NCBI GenBank assembly: GCA_021613535.1
Contig: CP075492.1
Location: 12,710,001 to 12,774,000 of the forward strand
Reading direction: 5' to 3'
From: Adineta vaga
Lineage: Eukaryota; Animalia; Rotifera
Length of the DNA: 64,000 bases
Each line of letters starts with the position of its first letter. The first letter of the stretch is position 1. The notes beneath the pieces are model-generated. The model searched no databases, was not told the DNA's origin, and was given only the letters and a program-made list of their open reading frames with translations. The position numbers and the translations under genes were made by a program. This document shows, piece after piece, positions 54,901-64,000 of the stretch.

Positions 54901-57900
54901 TAGAAGATACAACATTTAAAATAGAACAATCGTGATAATGATATCGATTTACTTACAGTTAATTCAATTTTTGTCGTCTTTGAACCACAGGATACGACTA
55001 ATTCTCGTTTTTTTATTGGATCTAACCATGTATAATAAACATAATGCAATTGTGGTAAAAGTTGTGCTCGTCTAATTTATTTGTTTTTTTTTTCAAAAAT
55101 TAATCATAATTATTTTATACAAATTAATCTTTTCAACTTACGGATCACCAGCTTGACAAAATGTGACTGGTTCGTTTTTCAGACAATTAACAACAAGTAA
55201 TGGTGCATCTCCAACTTTATAATCGCCAAAAATAACTCGAACACCCTCGAATTCTGTTGCTGTAACTTCAACATTAAGTGCTGGACGTTCTTCATCGTCC
55301 ATACGTAAAAGTGTTCGATATATTTGATTGAACGAGAATGGTGTCGATGAGGTTTGATTATGTGTGTAACGAACACGCATAATACCTTCTTTGATATTAC
55401 GTGGCCAGTATGGAATCAACTAGAACGTTTGCAAATGAAAGAAAAACAAAGACAATTGCTTCGTTTTCTTACTTGATCCGGCTCGATAGTTTTCCATGCA
55501 TCTTGTTCTTTATCACCGACCGTTTCAACGACTTCAATTCCACTCTATTCAAGACAAAAAGAATGAAAATCAGATCTGAATAAAATTCTTCTAAACATAC
55601 AGTTGATTTATTTGTTATGACCATCGATGGTAAAAGTGTAACAAGTTTTGTTAAACCAAACGAACTTGTTACAATATCCACACAAACCTATTTCAAAAAA
55701 AATATTCTTCACAATCTTCGATTCATTATTAATTCTTTTTTTTTTGCATACCATGTATATTCGATCGTTTGGTACTTTACAACTGGACAGAGCTGTACTT
55801 TTAATCACATCTAAAGGGAATTTATCCGACCAGTTAGTCGTTGATTCAATTTGTTGATTTCCACAAACACGAATTTGTCCCTAAGTTAGATAAATTCGAA
55901 CATTCTTTTGCAAAAACAATAAGACGATTCGTTTACTTTTTTGGTTGCGTCACTGGCAAATTTTTCTGGACAGACTAAATAAGGTGTTTCAATTGGATCA
56001 ATAAATATTCGATTATTTTCAATCTAGAGAAAAGAAATCAGACCGAATGAAGATAATGCTTTTTTGTTCCTCATTACTTGAAATTCAAGTTTAAGATTTG
56101 TACGGTTGATGATCCAAAATGGTGAATAAATTGATAAACGATATGATTCATGATATGCATCAACACGTAAAACCAATCTCTATGAAAGATAGAGAAATAT
56201 TCAATTTAGTATTTGAATTTAAGGAACATTTTGCTTTACTAAAACTCGTTGAGCACTTGAATCATCGGCACTACGAAAGATCACAGGATGTTCATTATGA
56301 TCACCTCGACCTTCTGCTTCTAAACTAATAGATTCAGAAACCCATTTTACATTATCATATGATGGAATCTAAACGTAAATCGAATCTCTAGATATTTTTT
56401 TTGAAGAAATCAATTATTTACAGTAAATGCTAAAGACGATTTCTTATTGCCAGATGTAATCAACTGCATCTGACTAGACTTAAGTTCAATTGGTTCAAGA
56501 TTCTAAATCGAAATATGAAAGTTTCTAATTCATAGAAATGATTGATGGACAATCTGTAACTTACATTGATTGAGCATTGTATATCAATTGGTAAGAGATT
56601 AGTTAAATGAAGTGCAGGATAAATATAGAGACTAAATACCGTACGATTTATTTCATCGCTATTTTCTTTATAAGCGTCCGATAATTCTTTGAAAATCTTG
56701 AAAAGAAAAGAAAGAAATAGATTAATGTTTGTAAGATTCTATCAATATATTTTTCTCTTACGACAAAATTTGCTTCTTTGCCAGTTGTTAATCGTAATTT
56801 TCTTTCTATTGAAAATTCATTAATCCAATTAAATGAGAAAAAGTCTTTCTCATCATGCTCCCTAAAAGTAATTCAATCATTTTCCTATTGAAATAAATGC
56901 TCAAATTACTCATCAACTGTGAAAAAAAGCGATGTATTTGTCGAATTATAAAGTATATCAATTGGTACATTATAATCCTGATTAACTTCGATACGTGCAA
57001 TTCGTGTATAATGTTTTGAATTTGTCGAATCAACATTTAAAAGAAGTAATGGTAGTGTTGTATTATTAAAGATTCGAACAATTGAACTAAGAGTAATACG
57101 TCGACGATCATTTTCGACTTGAGCATCACAAAGAATTTGAATTGGCCAATCCGGATTTAAAGATGATGCCAAATCATAAACACGTTTCCATGTACGATTA
57201 ATACTAACTCTTTTCGTTATATCTCGATACTAAAGAAATTTTCCAATTCACATAACAGAAAAAAAAGACAAATCAAATTTTACTTTAATCGAAAATTCTT
57301 GTGGATTTTTATAACTTTGTTCTTCGATAACTGAAAGTCGTCCATGAGTTTGATGTTCATTATATATATTCAATGGCACAGATTGATCTGGTTGAAGAGT
57401 TATTGATGTTGTTTGTGAATCATTAGAAAACTAGAAATGAAAACAATGGAAAACGAAGACTAAGAAATAGTTATACATACAACAAGACCCGTAAGTTGAT
57501 CAATGTATAGTTCTAGTCCAGTTTTATTCGATACGGATAATAATGGTTGATCATCAGCATCAGTTGGTGGTAATCGTTTATTATAAACATCACCGAAAAG
57601 TGTTGCTAAACGTTGAACAAGATCAAGACCACTTTTTGTTATTGTAATATTTAATAATTGATCGGCACGAATTAAAATCAATTGTTTGCCAGTTGACGAT
57701 GGAATACCTTCTTTACGTTGTTGTTCATCAATTGCTGATGATCCTGTTTTTTCAGCATATGGAAGCGCCTTTGAAAGAAAAAGAAAAACAAAACGCATAA
57801 GTCTACATCTATACAATTGGATTCATTCAGTAGATTTTTATGTGAGGAAAATCAACATCCATTATTAGTGATATTAACAACGTACATAATAAATACTTTT

Positions 57901-60900
57901 TATTCGATATTTAACATCGTCATTTTGCTAAAAATGAGAAAGGTTATCCTCGCGATAGTTAATTGCATATATTTAATCAAATGAAAAACTTGTCTATTGT
58001 AGATATTTACCGGTAGAATCGAACATGTTAAACCCCATGGTGAGTAAGTCTTTCCACTTTCATCAGGAATTAGTTCAATAAGTGGTTCCCATGCTGCGAC
58101 ATGTTCATTGTATAGAGCTGCTTCAATGTTAACTGTTGATAATAACATCATCTATAAAAGAAAAGTTCAATTGAACACAATGATGATAAAGTATGTATTA
58201 CATTCGATGACCAGTTTTGTACATCAGCAGTCAAACCAGTTAAACACATAGCTACAACAGATTTAGTAACGACACCTAAACCAACTTCGAGTTTGAGTTC
58301 GAGTGTTTCCAATGTTAAGATTAACTAAAAGAACATCTATCATTTCGAATTTTTTTTTGAATTTCTTTTTTCGTGTCGCACCTGTTGAATTAATGGTTTT
58401 TCTACTACGGCTGTTTCTTCTTTTTCTTTGATTTTAACTTCTTCTTCTTTTGCAGCTTTGTGTTGAGATGCTGTACCACGAACTGTTTCTAAGACATCGA
58501 TTTCTTCAACTTTATCTTCAACATCTACGCAATTAAATCGAATATTTCTTTGAAAAAGGAAAAGAAATTCAATAGATTCAACCTTTTGTAAACCAAAAAT
58601 TTGCATCTTTGAAAAGTTTTGGATTGAATAATGATTTCGAATTGACTTTTTCGATTTCATCCGTTGTCACCGCCTTAAAACGAAGAAAATATAACATATA
58701 GAAATTCAAATGTAACAAACCTGTAATGTTCCCAATGAATTCATAACAGCAATCACAGTACGAACAGCAGCTGGTGCAATACTAACAATAATATCCGATA
58801 TTCGTAAATCGATTTTTTGCTCTTGACCTTTCGTTGTCATAAAAACATCTGCTTTCGCTGGTTGTAAGATCTTAAAAAACAAAGAATATAAATCAGTTTG
58901 TAAAAAAACAAATAAATTTATTTACGCGATATTTGACTTTGGATGCAGAATTAGCAGAACTTTTTAATTCAGCAAAATTGGAACTGTAAACTGTTAAATC
59001 TTTTAACCAACCATATAAGCTTGATTCTTCGTTGACGATAAGCATCCGCATTTCCAATGCCAACTAAAAAAGACGTTTATGTGAATTCGTATAGAAATGA
59101 GAGATAGTGAAGTCTTTTTTCTTTGCTTCTGAATATGAACTTACATCAAGTACAAGACAATTTGAATTGGCATTATGTTGATCTTCAAGAAGAATAACTT
59201 CAGGATGTTTTACTAACACTTCCAATACTGTTTCAACATCTGCATCTGCATTCGGTGTAGCTACAAAGAAAAATATTTCTCTGTTATATTAAAGCAATAG
59301 TTTGTTTTTAGAAAATATCAATACGTTTTGCCACTGGTGTTGGCGTTTTTGTTGGAACAGTCGATGCTTTTGTATCACTTTCAACTTGATCAGTTGTAGT
59401 AATTGCTTTCGGTTGTGTATTACCCGATGGTAAACCCGAAACAAAAAAATCTTGTAATGTCATTAAATAATCCAAACTGATACAAATATAAAGACTTTCA
59501 AGTTGTGCAATTACTAATCAAAGTAAACAAAATCAATTAGAAAATATATCAATAAAAATCGATTTAGTTTACATTTGCGACGTGCTACTGGTTTTGAAGT
59601 ACTTTTCGGTGTAAATTCAAACGATGCAACAAGCATTTGAACATCTCGATCTACTGTAAAATGTCGATCCATCATACGTGTTACACTGTCTGCTTTATTT
59701 GTTTCACGTAAGTCATCAAGTAAGAAATTTTTTACTCGCGCTGTTGCTTTATAACTTCCATCTGATTTTTGACGAAATATTGCTTCAAGCATATCAATAT
59801 CGACATTGGCTAATTTCAAATTATCATTACGTGCTCCACGACGTGTACTCTAACAAATAGAGAGAGAAAAAAAGTCCGAAATTCATATTATTTGAAATAC
59901 TCACTAGGTCTGATTCACCGAGATATAATGTCAATGATAATTTACTGATTTCTGCATGAAGTCGCATTGTAGGTACTATTTCGTCACCTTGTAATTCTAA
60001 ATCATGAAATTATCGAGTTTGATTAAGCAAAAACATTAGTCATGTTTCCAACCTTTTTGTTTTTTAATTACTGCATTTTTTAATTCATCTTCTTCTTTTT
60101 CTTGTTTTTCTTGTGTATATCGATAGTTTTCATTTTGAATACTATCCTGTATTTGATCACGAATATTTTCCGAGAAATTTTCCATTAATACTTTCATTAC
60201 ACATGAATAATCATCTTTAGCTAATTGAAACTATTGAAAACATAGTAAAGTTCAATGTATTCGAAAAAGAAAACTCACATGAACTAAATCCCATTGTACT
60301 TTAATTGAAATTCCAGGTAGCTTTTTAGCTTTTTCAGGAAAAAGTGAACGATCAATATCTGTATTTAATTCTGCACAGTCAAGTAGAACAGCTTCACCGA
60401 GAATATTATAATCTGGATCAAGTTTAATACGACTAGCAAGTATATTTTCTAATCGGATTTTTTGTTGTTCAACAAGACCTTTGATTGGATGATCTACAAA
60501 ACTTGTTTTTAATGTTAATTTACCCAAATCAAGAAAGAGTGCTTCATCCGAATAAGAATTTGTTGGAACAATTATATTCGGAGCATTAAATGTTATATCG
60601 AGATGAACTTTAAATGCTTGTTCTTGAAGTTTTTGTACTTGTTCATAAGCAACATCGGCTTGTGTTGTTGCTAGATCAAGTGCTGCTTTCGTGATATTCA
60701 ATGAATCAAGGAAACTCTTAAAAGAGAATATATATTGAAAAGATTCGATGCATTGATTTTGTATTCAAAATGATTTACCAAAAGTGCATCGATATGTTTG
60801 AAAAGGAAAACAATAGTAGCTTTTGCAAATTGAACTTTCACATCACAATCATAGACATCCAATGGTTTTTTATAATTTCCAGGATAATTGAAGAGAGATA

Positions 60901-63900
60901 AATCAACGCGAAGTAATTCTTTATCATTACCTTGTTGAGAAATAATCTTTGAAAAAAATCCGAGAACAATATTTAGAAAGAGAATGAAAGAAAGTTTATA
61001 TCTATACTTTTCGATATCGTGCTTCTTTATATGGATCAAAAACACGTAAATCTGATAGAATTAGATTAACTAATGTTTTTTCAGATGACTGCGTTACTTC
61101 AGCTTTGATACCTGAATGAGAAGAAAAAAAATGAAGGAACTAGAGATTGTAATTGATAGAGATGAACTTTTACAAACCTTGAACTTGAATATCAAATAAT
61201 CGAGCTTGTTTCGATTCAAGTATAATTCGAAATTCTTCAAGATCAGCATTAATTTTTAGTGAAGGTGTCGTTGGAGCATCTACATGAAAAGAATCATTAA
61301 TATAATCACTCCTACATAACTGAACATCAAAACTTTTTACCATTTTTCTTGACAATTTTTCCAGTTTTCTCATTATTTTTATTCTCATCATCATTCTTTT
61401 CTTCTTCTTCTTCTTGTTTGATCTTCGTTGGATCTTCAGTTGTATCTTTCGGTAAGTTTTTCATTAAAGAATCTTGGAATTTGAAGATGGATAAGAGTGC
61501 TTCCAATTTTAATGTAACTAAAAGTTTACTGAAATGTACACGAGCTTGATTTTCAACTCCATGATTCATCGACGATGAAAATAAGGGATTTTCTGGTGAT
61601 GTATGACGAAAATTTAAACTAACTAATTTCTGTTCAACATTCGTATTTTGTTTATCTAATTGTGCAGATAATAAACGTAATTGTTGATTATCTTTACCAA
61701 TAAATTGTTCGTGATAAACAATTAAATTTGCTAGAGATGCATCAAATTCCATATCAAATGTTTTTATATTTGTTGTCGCAATCATAGATTCAAGTGTTAT
61801 ACGTAGAAACGGTTCATCAATGTTCGTATCACTTGTTGCTTTATCGATATGTAAATCAATCTGAAAGACGAAACAAGAACGAAGATGAAATATTTTCATT
61901 GCTTTTCTCTTACTCTATCCAATGTAAATTTCGCTTCTAGTTGTGTTAATTGTCCTTCGAATTTTTTTTCCTCCTCGACTTTATCGGGATTTTCTAATTG
62001 TTCTTCTGCTTCAACTTTTTCTTTGCTTTTCTTGACTGGTGTCATTCCTTCGACAGCTTGTAATGTTTCTTCGGCACTACTAACTGGTGCTTGTACAGGT
62101 AAGGACTAAATTGAACAAAAAATTCAAAATTTTACAAATGATATTTGTTCTCAACAAACTTCTGATTCGAGAGGAGCATCAGTTATTGCGGGAGTTTTTG
62201 ATTCAGGAAAGGGAATTGATTGTACATGATGAATGATTTGAAATAGACGTGTATCGGATAGACGTAATTCTACACCTGGAATATTTCCAGCAACTTTCCA
62301 ACTAAACAAACGAGACGTTTTTAAGAAAATTTGTTAATTAAAAACGAAAATCTTACGCTGGTAGAACAGCATCATCACTATAAAGACATTTTCCAACATC
62401 TAATTCCAATTCCATCGGTTTAATTATATGTAAAGATGTATTCTTTTCTTTACGTGCATTTTCCCAACTTTCATCTAAATATCATATGATTTACAATAAC
62501 TCACCGAATCTTTCCTATTTGGAAAAGAAATCAAAATGTTGAGAGATGTTCTTACTTCGATGAGCATAAATCAATTGAACATCTTCAAGTTTTAATTTAA
62601 ATTGTGTATAGGATTTTTCTCGCGCTTCATCGATATCCTGCAAAAAGAAAACTCATGAATGAATGAATGAATGAGAAGATTTTCGGGTACATACTTTTGC
62701 TTCTCTAATTGCATTTAATTCATTTTCCTTATCAATTGATGTTGTTCCTCGTTTTAATGTTAAATGACCGAGATCCATACAAATCAATGCTTGACCCCTG
62801 AAATCGAAATAATAAGAAGAGAAAAAAAGAAAAGAATTGATTTTCTTACTCTTGATAAACTCCATTTTCTGGAAGAAGAAAATAGGATGATTGAATATCG
62901 ATGTCAATATCTAAAACTTTGATTTTTTCAATATTATGTTTCATTAATATGTACGATCGATGTTTGACATCTGTATATGTTGAATATGCTACTTGTTTAA
63001 CACTGAAGAGAGAAGAAAAAGAACAAAAAATGCATTGATTTCAAACAAAAATAACTTACCCTTGTAGATTACGTTGTGTATCCTGTTCAAAACATTCGGC
63101 TAATTTATTAATAGTTGGCTAAATGAGAAGAAATCAATGTATAAAGATGGAATAGAAATGAAAGTATAAATCTCTTTACTGCATTATATTTGATTTCCAA
63201 AGATTGTGACACAACTTTGACACGATAATCACCAGATTTATCTAATGGATTTGTTTCAAATTCAATTTGTAATAGTTTTTTTTCAGTTGAAGTTGATACA
63301 CGATGAACAGGTTGTACAAGTACAGGACGATTTTCATTCGATATTGCCGTTTGCATCGCACCGGTTGCCATACCAACAACTTGAAATGAACCCAAATCAA
63401 CAAAAACACTAAATAAAGAAAAGTGAAAAACTGATTTTAAGATTATTTATGTTCAACATACGCAATAGCATTTGTTGCTGGTCGTCGTCGAAATACTAAA
63501 CCAGTGTCTGGTATAGTCGCTCGTGTAATAATTTTAAAGCTAAATGAAGTGAAAATAATTTCAATATATTATAAATAGAAAGAGAAAATGTATTTACTCT
63601 GTATCATTTTCGTTAGTTTTCGACCAAACATTAACATCAAGCATTTTCAGACGAATAGCTAAATCAATATCAATATACTAAACAAAATAAGGAGTAAATT
63701 GGAATTTCAATCAATAACAAGAGAAATCATTTACTGTATCAGGATATGTGGATGTTGATGTATCTTCTCCTTCGTAACCGATAGCATCATAAAATTTCTT
63801 CTTTTCTTCGGGAGACATTACTTGTTCTAAATCAAGATCTAAATAAAATCAAAAGAAAATGATAAAATTTTCGAGAAAAACAAGTCTCTAACTTGGATCA

Positions 63901-64000
63901 TCATTCGGTTTGTTTCCAGCCCACCAATTCGATACACCACCCCACCATGTTTTTGGTTCCTGTTCTTTCTTTTTACGTGCTTCTATTTCAGCATCACGAC
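51961..64000 (-). CDS. VPS13: VPS13 (A/C-type) bridge-like lipid transfer protein, 5' part outside window
   Basis: [75 protein letters not shown]; dozens of short introns. Confidence 0.93.

Noticed and set aside
62505-62514. Possible 10-nt microexon in a VPS13 intron (AG-GAAAGATTCG-GT)
   Set aside because: Inclusion would frameshift and leave introns of about 30 and 40 nt; skipping gives a continuous frame

Overview
AT-rich eukaryotic genomic DNA with dense genes and very short (~45-60 nt) GT-AG introns. The metazoan genes (Smad4, FGF, Ajuba-type LIM, cytoplasmic intermediate filament with lamin tail), an interstitial (TGTGGG)n array and several non-metazoan-type genes point to a bdelloid rotifer, probably Adineta-like (inference). 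About 25 genes or pseudogenes are recognisable. Two structures stand out. (1) A 13.75-kb run of nine co-oriented minus-strand genes (B4GALT7, OXSM, Cdc123-like ATP-grasp, KCTD3, PLPP6, GH18 chitinase, CENP-X, CXXC1, OBAP/DUF1264) has stop-to-start gaps of 62, 6, 55, 70, 214, 11, 69 and 142 nt. Every downstream ATG has an apparently unpaired splice acceptor just upstream. This is the expected signature of a trans-spliced polycistronic operon, and two probable foreign genes sit inside it. (2) A ~4.05-kb cassette bounded by ~95-bp inverted, internally palindromic termini with a candidate TTTA target duplication carries a decayed yeast-type FOL1 (DHNA-HPPK-DHPS), two host LRR gene fragments and a telomeric repeat tract. 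It is a candidate Pack-type element mobilising foreign and subtelomeric DNA. All gene identities come from motif recognition by eye; no database search was run.
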